Positions 47,836-58,562 of a stretch of 64,000 bases of DNA are shown here, in pieces (position 1 is the stretch's first letter; the number at the start of each line of letters is the position of its first letter). The position numbers and the translations under genes were made by a program. This DNA is from an uncultured virus (IMG/VR IMGVR_UViG_3300044630_007263) (lineage: Duplodnaviria > Heunggongvirae > Uroviricota > Caudoviricetes). Under the pieces are notes generated by a model. That model was not told where the DNA came from and made no database searches. It saw nothing but the letters and a program-made list of their open reading frames with translations. Location: the IMG/VR virus record IMGVR_UViG_3300044630_007263; one strand, given 5' to 3'.

Positions 47836-48963
47836 ATGGAAAATAATAATTCAGTTTGCTTTGTAGCAAGTATTGGTGAAATCGTACCTATTCCAGGAGC
47901 AGATGCTATTGAATTGGCATTAGTCAGTGGATGGCAAGCAATTATCCAAAAGGGACAATACTCGAATGGGGATCTTGTAGTAGTTGCAACAACTGATGCA
48001 GTAATTCCAGTCGAGTTGTCTGACAGCCTAAATGTTACAAATTATTTACGTAAAGGCGGTAGAGTTCGTACTGTAAAATTACGTGGAGTATATTCAGAGT
48101 GTCTAATCATTCCAATTAAACATGTTCCATTCATGGAAAATTACTATGAAGGTAAGGACATGATGTATGCAATGGATATTTGGAAATATGAACCACCGGT
48201 TAAGCAAGTTCAATTGAGTTCTGGTAAAAAGATCAGATACTCAGAAAATCCAAACTTCCATATCTATTACAAATTTCCAAATGCAAAGAATGTACCAGGA
48301 ATTTTTACTGAAGATGATTGGGTTGAGATCACTCGTAAGATCCATGGAACCAATGCTCGATATGGTATTGTAAAGAAAAACAAATTATCTCTATTCGATA
48401 AGGTAAAGAAATTCTTTGGTGCAAAGTGGGTCGATTACGAATTCGTAGTAGGTTCGCATAATGTAGAAAAAGGATCAGACTCTCAGGGCTTCTACGACAC
48501 TAATGTCTGGTATGATATTGCGGCAAAGTATAATCTTAAACAGGTTTTATGGAAGTTTGTCAAGGATCCCGAAAGATTCCCAGATGGTATTGGAATTGGC
48601 GTTGTTCTATATGGAGAAATCTATGGAGCAGGTATTCAAAAGAATTATGACTATGGTCTAAAAGAAATTGAATTTGCAGGATTTGACTTGGAAATCAATG
48701 GCAAATACTGTTCAACTGACGAGGCCTTTAATTTTGTTGGAATTGAAATGGACCTACCTTATGTTGATGTACTTTATGTAGGAGATTGGAATAAAGAAAT
48801 TGAAGATATGTATGTCTTTGATAATTTTATCTTTGGAACTAAAGTACCTCATGAAGGAGTTGTTGTAAAACACCATACTGGAGATAGAAGCAAAGTTGCA
48901 AAAGTAATTAATCCAGATTACTTAATCTATGCAGAAAATTGGGAAGTTGGCGATAGTCACTAA
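47836..48963 (+). CDS. ATP-dependent RNA ligase (DRB0094-like)
   Basis: N-terminal OB-like IPGADAIE...KLRGVYSE; KIHGTN, YGEIYG, FD, EGVVV, K. Confidence 0.88.
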   Translation: MENNNSVCFVASIGEIVPIPGADAIELALVSGWQAIIQKGQYSNGDLVVVATTDAVIPVELSDSLNVTNYLRKGGRVRTVKLRGVYSECLIIPIKHVPFMENYYEGKDMMYAMDIWKYEPPVKQVQLSSGKKIRYSENPNFHIYYKFPNAKNVPGIFTEDDWVEITRKIHGTNARYGIVKKNKLSLFDKVKKFFGAKWVDYEFVVGSHNVEKGSDSQGFYDTNVWYDIAAKYNLKQVLWKFVKDPERFPDGIGIGVVLYGEIYGAGIQKNYDYGLKEIEFAGFDLEINGKYCSTDEAFNFVGIEMDLPYVDVLYVGDWNKEIEDMYVFDNFIFGTKVPHEGVVVKHHTGDRSKVAKVINPDYLIYAENWEVGDSH

Positions 48964-49274
48964 TGAAACAAGTAGCATACAATATAGGATATAGGGGATT
49001 GGGGTATTCAGGTATACTGACCCCATATCCTACTATTTGGGATTGTGATTTTCCAACGTTTGCAAAAAAAATTAGACAAAAGGGAAATACTAAGCAGTTA
49101 TTCAAATGGGCTAAAGAGAATTATGTTCCACCATCTAGCTTAGTGCTACATGTAACTATTTGGTATGAGACTGAATATTGGCAATATACAATTAACATGA
49201 TTAATGTGCGAGAGTATAGAAAATATTGGGAAGAAAAATACAATAAACCTTGGCAAAAGCCAGAAAAATTTTAG
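48963..49274 (+). CDS. Hypothetical protein
   Basis: ORF track. Confidence 0.55.
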   Translation: MKQVAYNIGYRGLGYSGILTPYPTIWDCDFPTFAKKIRQKGNTKQLFKWAKENYVPPSSLVLHVTIWYETEYWQYTINMINVREYRKYWEEKYNKPWQKPEKF

Positions 49275-49286
49275 TATAATATTACT

Positions 49287-49382
49287 ATGAAAAATAAAAT
49301 TACAGGCAGAGACGTTTTGATTATATTGGTCATGAGTGCATGGGCAGCAGGCGTCATTTGGGGAATCTTACATTCAATTTAA
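49287..49382 (+). CDS. Small single-TM peptide (31 aa, not in ORF track)
   Basis: MKNKITGRDVLIILVMSAWAAGVIWESYIQF after AGTATAAT. Confidence 0.5.
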   Translation: MKNKITGRDVLIILVMSAWAAGVIWGILHSI

Positions 49383-49386
49383 GAAT

Positions 49387-49716
49387 ATGAATTTATACAT
49401 TTATCCAGGTATTAGACAAACAGAGGATGCACAATTTGTAGTTGTGACCGAAGAGGGAGAAGTTCTCTATTCTCATGTGTGTTCAAACTATCTCTTTGCA
49501 AAGGGAGATTTGATTGAAGGCCGACCTGAAAGAATTGATGAGCTTAACCAAAGATACGGCGAAGGCAATTGGTCAATTCGATTCATTGATGAAGAAGGCC
49601 AAACAGATATTACTGGAGACGAACTTTGGGAGCGTAATCAACAATTTTATAAACCAAGTGAACCACCAATTGAAGGTCCTCTATCAGAGGATGCAGATTG
49701 CGGTTGCGGACAATAG
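49387..49716 (+). CDS. Hypothetical protein
   Basis: Start moved to MNLYIY. Confidence 0.6.
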   Translation: MNLYIYPGIRQTEDAQFVVVTEEGEVLYSHVCSNYLFAKGDLIEGRPERIDELNQRYGEGNWSIRFIDEEGQTDITGDELWERNQQFYKPSEPPIEGPLSEDADCGCGQ

Positions 49717-49722
49717 TTTAAT

Positions 49723-51248
49723 ATGAACCCAGCAAATTTAAAACGATATATGCAAGTAAGTAGAACACTAAATGTCTCTGATCAATTTAGAACAAATAAT
49801 TTAAGCTTGACTCCAGGCGGGTCAGTTGTTGAAATTACCTACAATAATGGAAAAACCCTATCTTATGATAAGGTTAAGAATCCTAAAAAGTATATTCAAA
49901 GTTTATCTAACTACAAGGATATTATTGCAGTTAAGGTAGATGGCGAACCATTTAATTTTTAAGAAATGATAACATTTGAAAATTTAGTATTTATGGATCA
50001 CCCAAATGGAATGGGTGGAGTTCAAGCTAGGATCAAGTTTGACAATGGCTATGGTGCAAGTGTAGTTAAGACACCTTTCTCGTATGGAGGAAAAAATGGA
50101 TTATACGAACTTGCAGTATTTGGTAAAGACGGCCATATTACCTATGATACGCCAGTAACCAGCGATGTACTAGGTCACCTATGCGAAGCTGAAGTGACTA
50201 CAATTTTAGCACAAATTCAATCACTGTAAAATGGCAAAGAAGAAGAGTCCAGAAGAAATGGCCAAGATCCTTATCGACAAAATGTTTGAGATTGCAGGTC
50301 ATGATGTTAAGTATGAAGATGTGGTTGATCGCAAGGACAATTGGTTTTGGGATTGGACTATGACAATGGAACAGCGCTCCCAATGGATTGAATGGGGAGT
50401 TGAAGTTCTACTTAAAAATAATAGGCATCGCACCAGAAAGCTCGCTGAAATTGATATGAGCTGGGTCGATATGCAATGGGGTCTTAAAGTATCAGATTAT
50501 GAGCAATAATATAGAACCAATATTTAAAGTTGGAGATAAACTAGAGGCAATCGATTATGATAAAGAAGAATATGGGTTGACTTTTGTTACTATTACTTCA
50601 ATTAATAAGAAAAATAAAGTTTACCATTGGGAAGCAGAAATGAATTGGGATATAGGTGGTAAAGTAAGTTCAGGATATTATTTTCACGAAGCAAAAGCAT
50701 ATGAGCACACTAACAATTAATACAGATTCTGGTCACCTAACCACGAAAGGCTCAGGTAAAGTTACAATTAAAAGCAGTATCTCTATTGCTGGTAGCGGAA
50801 CCTCTTTACCAATTGAATGTATTGCAGACTTTAATACCATTCCGGTTCATTTGCATCAAGTATATTTTGATGCATTTCGATATCAATATGGTACAAATAG
50901 TAATGTCTATTCAAACTTAGGGGAAGAACCTAAAACAATCGAAGAAAAAAAGAGAGAGTGGAGACTGAATCGACTTACTCAAATTTTTAGTAGTATACTT
51001 AAACCAAAGGGCTAATGAGCAGATATACCAAGAAAACTGAAGCTGGTACTACAATCGTTTATGGTTGGGATCATGCATTAGGATATTTTTATGATGTTTG
51101 GGAAAATTATGGCACCAAAGAAGAGGCTTGTATTAAGGAGCGATGCTCGCTTTTTGGCATGCCTAAATCCGAGTTGCTAGATGCAATTAGTGAAATAAAA
51201 GCTGACCCTGGTTTTATGAGGTCGCTTGCTCTGGATCTTCCAGATTAA
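49723..51248 (+). other. Run of six short hypothetical genes (49723-49962, 49966-50229, 50231-50509, 50499-50720, 50701-51015, 51015-51248)
   Basis: Tightly packed co-directional ORFs. Confidence 0.65.
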
Positions 51249-51265
51249 CATTAAAAATTAAAATT

Positions 51266-51730
51266 ATGAAAAAATTGTTAGTGGTAGGAGTATTTCTTAC
51301 TGCACTATCGTCATTAGGGTTTGGCCAGGATTTAATAGAGGTTCCCCCTTTCACTAAAGACTCTACGCTTAATAGTTTTATTATTCACTGGATTGGTAAA
51401 CCTTATAAACTCGGTGGTTCGACTGAATATGGAATCGACTGTTCACAGTTTAATAAAAGACTATATCAAGATGTTTATGAAGTTAAACTAGAAGGAGTCT
51501 GTTATAAACAATGGAATCAAACTATCCGAATTAAAAGGGACAGCCTTGAAATAGGAGACCTCGTATTTTTTAGAAGCAGTCAATCTCCATCGGGTTGGCA
51601 CTGCGGAACTTATATCGGAGAAACTATGTTTGTTCATGCAGCAAATAGGGCAGAAGGCGTTAAAGTAAGTTCGCTAATGGAACCTCGATATAAGGCTGCG
51701 TACAAAGGAGCAGGGCGACTTCAAGATTAA
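51266..51730 (+). CDS. Secreted NlpC/P60 peptidase
   Basis: GKPYKLGG, GIDCS, GDLVFF, HCGTY, FVHA. Confidence 0.9.
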   Translation: MKKLLVVGVFLTALSSLGFGQDLIEVPPFTKDSTLNSFIIHWIGKPYKLGGSTEYGIDCSQFNKRLYQDVYEVKLEGVCYKQWNQTIRIKRDSLEIGDLVFFRSSQSPSGWHCGTYIGETMFVHAANRAEGVKVSSLMEPRYKAAYKGAGRLQD

Positions 51731-51816
51731 TTTAATGTTATTTTCACAAAATATTTCATTTTTTAAAAACTTTTTGTGGCGGCTTTGTTAAATAACTAAA
51801 ATTAACAACTGCTACC

Positions 51817-52053
51817 ATGTCGACACTACTAAAATCACCTGTTACAATTGACGATACTTATATCGGCAAGAGATTTACTATGGTAAATTCTAGAGGTGAA
51901 GAGGTAGAAGATACTGTAAAAGAGTTTGTAACAATCTGGATGGCAAAAAACCACAGGAAAACAAACACTAGAGTTTATCGACCGCAAGTATCAGTTAAAA
52001 GCCCCAGTGAAAAACTCTATCCACTGGCTGAGATCTATTTTCATCTCGATTAA
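51817..52053 (+). CDS. Hypothetical protein
   Basis: ORF track. Confidence 0.55.
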   Translation: MSTLLKSPVTIDDTYIGKRFTMVNSRGEEVEDTVKEFVTIWMAKNHRKTNTRVYRPQVSVKSPSEKLYPLAEIYFHLD

Positions 52054-52114
52054 TCCATTCTTTTTTCTGTAGTATAAGACCATTGTAGCTAAGACACAAA
52101 ATAATCTTAAAACA

Positions 52115-52417
52115 ATGGAATTAACTTCATTCGCTTTAGGTATGCTAACGATGGTTGCTATTGCATTTGCAGTAGTAGTTGTTATTGGTTTGCTTAAGGT
52201 TAACAGACAAGCAAAGCAGATTGAAAATCTGCACCAAGGTCTCGATCAAACAAATCGAGATTACCACCAAGATCTCCAGATATGGAGAACCGATTTAGAA
52301 TTAGAAATAAAAAGGGTCGAATTAGAGTGCAAATCCTACACTGATTCAAGACTTGATAAAAAATTAGGATTGACAGGTTCAAAGTCACAAAAAGAGAATA
52401 CACTAATTAATAGCTAA
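52115..52417 (+). CDS. TM-anchored coiled-coil protein
   Basis: N-terminal TM. Confidence 0.6.
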   Translation: MELTSFALGMLTMVAIAFAVVVVIGLLKVNRQAKQIENLHQGLDQTNRDYHQDLQIWRTDLELEIKRVELECKSYTDSRLDKKLGLTGSKSQKENTLINS

Positions 52418-52440
52418 TTAGTAAAATAGTTTTAGCTACT

Positions 52441-52517
52441 CGGGATGTAGCGTAGTCCGGTATCGCGCCTGCTTTGGGAGCAGGAGGCCGTAGGTTCGAA
52501 TCCTGCCATCCCGACCA
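52441..52517 (+). tRNA. tRNA-Pro(TGG)
   Basis: Cloverleaf, encoded CCA. Confidence 0.95.
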
Positions 52518-52538
52518 AATTTTAGGTATAATATAATT

Positions 52539-52727
52539 ATGGAAAAGACAAGTAAATTTTTAATTTGGATGCAAGTTGTAATTAACTTACTACTCATGGT
52601 GGTTCTTGCAATTGCAGCATTTGATAAGAGCATGTTGGATATCATTGATGTTAGATGGTGGACACTGTTTATTTTAGTTAATTTGTATAGCGACAAGCTA
52701 TGGAGAGACTTAAATAAAAATCAATAA
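52539..52727 (+). CDS. Small membrane protein
   Basis: ORF track. Confidence 0.55.
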   Translation: MEKTSKFLIWMQVVINLLLMVVLAIAAFDKSMLDIIDVRWWTLFILVNLYSDKLWRDLNKNQ

Positions 52728-52733
52728 ACGCAT

Positions 52734-52808
52734 GGTCCTGTAGTTCAACGGATAGAACAACTGCCTTCTAAGCAGTGGATCCAAGTTCGATTCTTGGCGG
52801 GACTACCA
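52734..52808 (+). tRNA. tRNA-Arg(TCT)
   Basis: Cloverleaf, encoded CCA. Confidence 0.95.
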
Positions 52809-52820
52809 CAAAATTTAGAT

Positions 52821-53078
52821 ATGAAAAAGATATATTTTATAATTGGTTTAATTTTTACAGGCTTAATTACGAGTTGCGGAAGCGAAGTAATTGGTGAAGT
52901 AACAGAACAAACTTGCGTTGCAACTGAAGTCGAGTATTTTCAAGTTGGAGAAAAACACACACTACAAACTGATCCAGAATGGAGAGTTAAATTAGATTGT
53001 GGTCGAATCTACACATCCAGAAACGCAGTTAGAGTGGGAGATAGTATTCAAATTAAAATTATAAAATATAAGAAATAA
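52821..53078 (+). CDS. Small lipoprotein
   Basis: Start moved to MKKIYF; lipobox ITSC. Confidence 0.65.
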   Translation: MKKIYFIIGLIFTGLITSCGSEVIGEVTEQTCVATEVEYFQVGEKHTLQTDPEWRVKLDCGRIYTSRNAVRVGDSIQIKIIKYKK

Positions 53079-53083
53079 TTCCT

Positions 53084-53165
53084 GCCCCTTTGGTGGAATT
53101 GGTAGACACGCTAGACTTAGGATCTAGTGCCGAAAGGTGTAAGAGTTCGAGTCTCTTAGGGGGTA
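53084..53165 (+). tRNA. tRNA-Leu(TAG)
   Basis: Long variable arm. Confidence 0.95.
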
Positions 53166-53170
53166 CAATT

Positions 53171-53196
53171 GGACTGAAGTAATTCAGTCCTTTTTT
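53171..53196 (+). terminator. Intrinsic terminator
   Basis: GGACTGAA-GTAA-TTCAGTCC plus T tract. Confidence 0.8.
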
Positions 53197-53215
53197 GTTT
53201 TAGATAAATAACTAC

Positions 53216-53629
53216 ATGAAGAACCAAATTAACACGTTTAGCGAATTTATTAATGAGGCTAAACTTGAAGCTAAGGCTGAAGAAAAACCTAAAGTTAACT
53301 CAACTGAAGCATTGGACCAAAAATTTAAAGAGTTTAGCGAATCTCGACTAATGGGCGCTACTAAAATAGCAGAAGGCGCAAAGGAAAGAGGCGGAAATGC
53401 TATGCTAACTCACCACCACTTTGTTGTTAAATTACCATATTACAAAAAGGCGATGAAGGGCTGGACTAAAGCAGATCGCGATTCAGCAGTTAAAGAGTAT
53501 AATCAATTAGTTGAGGAGCTCTATTTAACTAGAAGTTCTGTTAAAATTGACCAAACTGCTTTCCAAAAATTGGTTGGAAAAATTGAAGTTTTTGGAGAAT
53601 TAGTTATTAAGTACGATGAAATATATTAA
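53216..53629 (+). CDS. Hypothetical protein with capsid-targeting-like leader
   Basis: MKNQINTFSEFINEA; upstream GATAAATA. Confidence 0.65.
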   Translation: MKNQINTFSEFINEAKLEAKAEEKPKVNSTEALDQKFKEFSESRLMGATKIAEGAKERGGNAMLTHHHFVVKLPYYKKAMKGWTKADRDSAVKEYNQLVEELYLTRSSVKIDQTAFQKLVGKIEVFGELVIKYDEIY

Positions 53630-54173
53630 GATATACGAAGACTTTGATCTTGATAGATTTATGCAAGATCCAGATGCAGAGTTTCAAAGAAATGAAGAAA
53701 ATCCTGAAATCGAACCTGGCGACTATGTAACAAGTTACAGAGGACCTGGTCAAGTTATTGATATGGATGCAAATTTTGCAAAAATTGAACTCCTAGATTC
53801 TAGTAAAAAGATTGTTAGAGTTCCAATCGATCTTATTACAAAAACCAAAAAGGCAGATGTTTACCATGACAATAAATCTCATGCTGAAGAAATCGCAGAA
53901 ATTGGAGAAGAAGTTAGGCAATATGCTGAAATAATTTCTCCAGATGGAGAAGACCCAATGAACGTTAATTCAGGAGCAATTGCAGGTTTTATTGAAAATA
54001 CCCTAATTGATATATTAAGAATGTACAAAAAGGATAAAAACGTTACCTATTTACCAGGTTACGAAAAGGTCGTAAATGGTATTGCAATTCTTGCAGATAT
54101 TGCTGAACAAGCTGATCCATCCATTTCGGACAGAATACAAGCAGCTCTTGAAAAATTTTATGAATTGGGATAA
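53616..54173 (+). CDS. Hypothetical protein with capsid-targeting-like leader
   Basis: MKYIKIYEDF. Confidence 0.65.
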   Translation: MKYIKIYEDFDLDRFMQDPDAEFQRNEENPEIEPGDYVTSYRGPGQVIDMDANFAKIELLDSSKKIVRVPIDLITKTKKADVYHDNKSHAEEIAEIGEEVRQYAEIISPDGEDPMNVNSGAIAGFIENTLIDILRMYKKDKNVTYLPGYEKVVNGIAILADIAEQADPSISDRIQAALEKFYELG

Positions 54174-54198
54174 CCTAAATAAACATAGAAGATATAAG

Positions 54199-54227
54199 AA
54201 AGAGCAGCTAAACACTGCTCTTTTTTT
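54199..54227 (+). terminator. Intrinsic terminator
   Basis: AAAGAGCAG...CTGCTCTTTTTTT. Confidence 0.75.
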
Positions 54228-54267
54228 GTATAATAATATTAAGTAAAAAATAAGAAAGAATCAATCG

Positions 54268-55005
54268 ATGAGAATTACACTAATTAGCGACACGCACACA
54301 AAGCACAATGCGGTAACTTATGATTTACCAGGTGGAGATCTATTAATCCATGCAGGAGATATCATGAACTCTGGAAGAAATCCAGTTGACATTGTGAGCT
54401 TTTGTAAATGGTTTGATGGGTTAGACCAATACGACCATAAGGTGTTTATTGCAGGAAATCATGACAGAATGTTTGAAGATTTTCCAGAAAAATCAATGGA
54501 GATTGTTCGCTCTTATAAGTGGATTGATTATTTGCAAGACGATTGGCTTATTGTTGGAGATGCGGATCCACATGATCCAAATGTAAACACTGCAAAAATC
54601 TATGGAAGTCCATGGCAACCAGAATTCCATCACTGGGCATTTAATCTTCCTCGTCAAGGAGAAGAGTTAGCTGCTAAATGGGCAGCAATTCCAGCAGATA
54701 CTGATATTTTGGTTACACATGGTCCAGCTCAAGGTCATTTAGATACGAGTGGGCCTCCATATAATGAACCAAATTTAGGGTGTCCTCTATTGAGAAATCA
54801 TATAGACTCAGCTGAACGTAAACCTAAAATTCATGTGTGTGGTCATATCCATGGAGGATTTGGTTACAAGTTTGATGGACATACTCACTGGTTTAATGCA
54901 TCAATCTTGAATGAATATTACGAATATGTTAATAAACCAGTAACATTTGACTGGGATCCTAAAACAAATGAAATCACCTTTATTAAATTTACAGATAATG
55001 AATAA
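54268..55005 (+). CDS. Calcineurin-like metallophosphoesterase
   Basis: SDTH, HAGD, AGNHD, THGP, GHIH. Confidence 0.9.
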   Translation: MRITLISDTHTKHNAVTYDLPGGDLLIHAGDIMNSGRNPVDIVSFCKWFDGLDQYDHKVFIAGNHDRMFEDFPEKSMEIVRSYKWIDYLQDDWLIVGDADPHDPNVNTAKIYGSPWQPEFHHWAFNLPRQGEELAAKWAAIPADTDILVTHGPAQGHLDTSGPPYNEPNLGCPLLRNHIDSAERKPKIHVCGHIHGGFGYKFDGHTHWFNASILNEYYEYVNKPVTFDWDPKTNEITFIKFTDNE

Positions 55006-56071
55006 TATTGCCCTTACATATGACGATATTCAACTTGTACCTGGTTATTCAGAGGTTTCAAGTCGTCAAAACATTAACTTACAAACTCTAGTAAGTCGCC
55101 GCTATGGTTTAATGCGACCTCTAGTTGCGTCGCCAATGGACACTGTGTGCGAATTGGAAATGGCATTTAGAATGTTTCTTTTAGGAGGAGTCGGCTGTAT
55201 TCACAGATTTATGCCAATTGAAGAGCAGGCTAAACAGGTTAAACTGCTAAGTCATAAAATTTATGGCGATGGATTTGGTGGACCATACGAAGATTGGGGA
55301 GTTATGTATGATGATTGGCACGCTGAAATTAAACAGGTTCCAATTATGGCAGCAATCGGAGTAATGGCAAGCGATATGGATAGAGCTAAAGCACTAGTGG
55401 AAGCTGGTGCAAATATCCTCTTAATTGATGTTGCACACGGGCATCACAAAAATGTAAAAGCCATGATTGAATGGTGTAAAGAAAATTTACCCGAACATGT
55501 TGATATTATTGCAGGAAATATTGCAACTGCAGAAGCAGCTCAAGATTTAGAATCATGGGGAGCAGATGGTTTACGGGTTGGAATTGGTGGAGGATCCCTT
55601 TGCACAACGCGAATTAAAACTGGATTTGGAATTCCAAACGTAACCTGTGTTAATGATATTGTTGCAGTTGCAAAAACTCCAGTAATGGCAGATGGCGGAA
55701 TTAAAACTAGTGGAGATATTGCAAAAGCCCTAGCACTAGGCGCAAGTACAGTAATGTTAGGCTCTCTCCTAGCTGGAACTTCAGAAAGTCCAGGTCAAAT
55801 TGTTGAAAAGTCAACTGGTTTGTATAAGCGGTATAGAGGAGCAGCCTCATTAGAAACTAAAACCGTTCACGGTCAAGCTCAACGTAATGTTGAAGGCGAA
55901 TCAACTATTGTTCCATTTAAAGGTGGAGTTAAATTTATTGTAGAAGGCCTAATTGATGGAGTAAAATCTGCTCTATCCTATGCCGGTGCAGAATCACTTG
56001 CAACTTTCCATCCAAAATGGGTACAAATAACTAATGCTGGTCAAACAGAAGCCAAACCACACCTATTATGA
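54998..56071 (+). CDS. IMP dehydrogenase/GMP reductase family protein (no CBS domains)
   Basis: ALTYDDI, SPMDTV, IDVAHGH, GIGGGSLCTTR, ADGGI, YRG; start moved to MNNIAL. Confidence 0.9.
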   Translation: MNNIALTYDDIQLVPGYSEVSSRQNINLQTLVSRRYGLMRPLVASPMDTVCELEMAFRMFLLGGVGCIHRFMPIEEQAKQVKLLSHKIYGDGFGGPYEDWGVMYDDWHAEIKQVPIMAAIGVMASDMDRAKALVEAGANILLIDVAHGHHKNVKAMIEWCKENLPEHVDIIAGNIATAEAAQDLESWGADGLRVGIGGGSLCTTRIKTGFGIPNVTCVNDIVAVAKTPVMADGGIKTSGDIAKALALGASTVMLGSLLAGTSESPGQIVEKSTGLYKRYRGAASLETKTVHGQAQRNVEGESTIVPFKGGVKFIVEGLIDGVKSALSYAGAESLATFHPKWVQITNAGQTEAKPHLL

Positions 56072-56175
56072 AAAATATAATAACTAAAATTAAAGCTATT
56101 GTTAAAGAGATTCTACTTGGATTCAAGATAGCTGAAGAAAATAGACATAAATCCCAATGGGGTAAATTTTAAACT

Positions 56176-56403
56176 ATGGCAGAATTTTGTGACAAATGCG
56201 CCCCTGAAATGTGGGGAGATGAGTTTCCACCAGACATCGACACAGATCAAATTTTTGGTAGTCTGATGGATGAACACTATCAAGACGGAATTATTTGTGA
56301 AGGTTGCGGATTAAGGGCAGTCGGTCGAGTTGGAGATGAAAAGATCCTAATATATGATAACTCTGATCTTAACCGAATGCATGAAATGATAGTAAATAGG
56401 TAA
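56176..56403 (+). CDS. Small CxxC protein
   Basis: CDKC...CEGC. Confidence 0.6.
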   Translation: MAEFCDKCAPEMWGDEFPPDIDTDQIFGSLMDEHYQDGIICEGCGLRAVGRVGDEKILIYDNSDLNRMHEMIVNR

Positions 56404-56416
56404 GTTATATTTAATT

Positions 56417-56501
56417 GGAGGTGTGGCAGAGTGGTCGATCGCGGCAGTCTTGAAAACTGTTGTACCGCAAGGTACCGTAGGTTCGAATCCTACCGCCTCC
56501 G
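56417..56501 (+). tRNA. tRNA-Ser(TGA)
   Basis: Long variable arm, G73. Confidence 0.95.
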
Positions 56502-56502
56502 C

Positions 56503-56530
56503 AAAGGAGAATCGAAAGATTCTCCTTTTT
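56503..56530 (+). terminator. Intrinsic terminator
   Basis: AAAGGAGAATC-GAAA-GATTCTCCTTT. Confidence 0.85.
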
Positions 56531-56566
56531 TCTTTTCAGATAAATAATAAAAATTATTTTTAAATA

Positions 56567-56950
56567 ATGTCAAAACATATTAAGCCATTTGGTCAATATA
56601 TCACCGAATCATATGGAGAATATCAAGAAGAACAATTAGGTAAGGACTTTAGTGAGCAATTTGGTGTTAGAGCTTACTCTGATACGTATTCTACTCATGG
56701 TAAAATTACTATTCAGGTTAGAGGCGATATTCATCCTGAAGAATTTTCGCAAATGATGCAATGGGTTGAATCTCAAGGATATTCAGTTGACAAAGATCAA
56801 TCATATAATGAATTTGATAGTGATGATGATAGATATTGGTACCCTAGGATTGTATTTAATAAATCTATTAGTGATGAGGAAATGGACAGAATGACTAAAA
56901 TTCAAATGGATCATGACGAAGCTCAATTACGTCGTGAACAAGGATTCTAA
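56567..56950 (+). CDS. Hypothetical protein with capsid-targeting-like leader
   Basis: MSKHIKPFGQYITES; upstream GATAAATA. Confidence 0.65.
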   Translation: MSKHIKPFGQYITESYGEYQEEQLGKDFSEQFGVRAYSDTYSTHGKITIQVRGDIHPEEFSQMMQWVESQGYSVDKDQSYNEFDSDDDRYWYPRIVFNKSISDEEMDRMTKIQMDHDEAQLRREQGF

Positions 56951-56973
56951 TATTACGCAAATCAACATTTTTT

Positions 56974-57002
56974 AAAGGGCCTTTCGGCCCTTTTTCTTTT
57001 TT
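56974..57002 (+). terminator. Intrinsic terminator
   Basis: AAAGGGCC-TTTC-GGCCCTTT. Confidence 0.8.
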
Positions 57003-57039
57003 CCTGGCGTATAAATAACAAAAATAAAACCGAAAAACA

Positions 57040-57279
57040 ATGGATAATCGTATCATGAGTTTCGATGAGTTCGTAGCAAAAGATCAACCTCAAGTTGATG
57101 CAATGCCAGCTATGCAACCAGAGATGCAACCAGAGATGCCAATTGCTCAAGAGCAACCAATGGAAGAGCCTATGATGCCTCAAGCTGAACCAGCTATGGC
57201 ACCTAGTATGGAACAGCCTGCAGTTGAACCTGGTCAAGGGGAAGAAGGTCTTCAAATGCTAGAAGAACCTACAGCTTAA
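57040..57279 (+). CDS. Met/Pro/Gln/Glu-rich low-complexity protein
   Basis: MQPE repeats; upstream TATAAATA. Confidence 0.65.
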   Translation: MDNRIMSFDEFVAKDQPQVDAMPAMQPEMQPEMPIAQEQPMEEPMMPQAEPAMAPSMEQPAVEPGQGEEGLQMLEEPTA

Positions 57280-57300
57280 TAAAAAATTAGAACACGGTAA

Positions 57301-57696
57301 ATGTCAGATCAGCCTATCAGACGTCGAAAAAGCAATAACGAAGAGGTTAGCCAAATGATGGACGAAATCCTTGGTGCACTGGACCATATCCGTAAGCATA
57401 TGCCCAATGGTGAACTAAAGATTATTCAAGAAAAGGTTGAGGCAATTGAGGAATCTCACGAAAAGTTGCATGATGACATTAGTCAAATTAAAAAACTCCT
57501 ACTTGACCCTGAAACAGGAGTTGTAGTTAGAGTAAACAAAAACACTCAATTTAGAGAGGATAATGAAAAAAGCATGCGCGAAAAGTTTGAAGTGCTTAAT
57601 GAAGTTAATAAGTGGAAAGACGGTATTAACAAAGCAATGTGGATTATTTTCGCTGCACTTATTGGAATCATCTTTGAATTATTCTTTAAAAAATAA
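57301..57696 (+). CDS. Coiled-coil protein with C-terminal TM, possible holin-like
   Basis: Topology and position before endolysin. Confidence 0.45.
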   Translation: MSDQPIRRRKSNNEEVSQMMDEILGALDHIRKHMPNGELKIIQEKVEAIEESHEKLHDDISQIKKLLLDPETGVVVRVNKNTQFREDNEKSMREKFEVLNEVNKWKDGINKAMWIIFAALIGIIFELFFKK

Positions 57697-57707
57697 AACT
57701 TAACAAA

Positions 57708-58544
57708 ATGTCAGTACTTAAAATCGGTTCTACCGGAGACTTAGTTAAAAAACTTCAAGAAAAATTAGGTGCGGGTGCAGATGGATCATTTGGTCCTGGT
57801 ACAGAAGCAAAATTAAAAGCATGGCAAACCGCAAACGGTCTTACTGCTGATGGTATTGCTGGACCTGCTACACTTGCAAAATTAGGTATTAGCGAATCAG
57901 CTGCTCCTGTAGCTGCAGCCCCTGCTGCCGCAATTCCACCATCTTCTTTTAAATTAGCTGCGCTTAAAGGTCATGTACCAGATGCAGTTCTTGCGCAAAT
58001 TCCTGATACTGCTGCTAAATTTAATATTACTACTCCTTTGCGTTTAGCTCACTTCTTAGCACAGTGTGGTCATGAAAGTGGCGGATTTAAAGCCGTTAGC
58101 GAAAATGTTAATTATTCAGCAGATGGTCTTAAAAAAATCTTTGGTAAATATTTCCCAGGTAACCTAAATGAGTCTTATGCTCGTAATCCTGAGAAAATTG
58201 CTTCAAGAGTTTATGCAGATCGTATGGGTAATGGTAATGAAGCATCTAAAGATGGTTTCAAATTCCGCGGTCGTGGTTATATTCAATTAACTGGAAAATC
58301 AAACTACACAAATTTCGCTAAGTTTATTGGTGAAGATACTGTAGCTAATCCAGACCTAGTTGCAACTAAATATCCTTTAGCTTCTGCAGCATTCTTTTTT
58401 GATTCAAATAAACTTTGGTCAATTTGCGATAAAGGTGCAGATACTGCAACCGTTACTGCTGTAACTAAAAGAGTTAATGGTGGTACAATTGGTCTTGATG
58501 ATCGTATTAAACACTTTAACGAATATTACAATCTATTAAAATAA
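57708..58544 (+). CDS. Endolysin: PG-binding domain plus GH19
   Basis: ADGSFGPGT...ADGIAGPAT; FLAQCGHESG, FRGRGYIQLTG, VNGG. Confidence 0.92.
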   Translation: MSVLKIGSTGDLVKKLQEKLGAGADGSFGPGTEAKLKAWQTANGLTADGIAGPATLAKLGISESAAPVAAAPAAAIPPSSFKLAALKGHVPDAVLAQIPDTAAKFNITTPLRLAHFLAQCGHESGGFKAVSENVNYSADGLKKIFGKYFPGNLNESYARNPEKIASRVYADRMGNGNEASKDGFKFRGRGYIQLTGKSNYTNFAKFIGEDTVANPDLVATKYPLASAAFFFDSNKLWSICDKGADTATVTAVTKRVNGGTIGLDDRIKHFNEYYNLLK

Positions 58545-58562
58545 TTTTCGAGGAATTTTAAA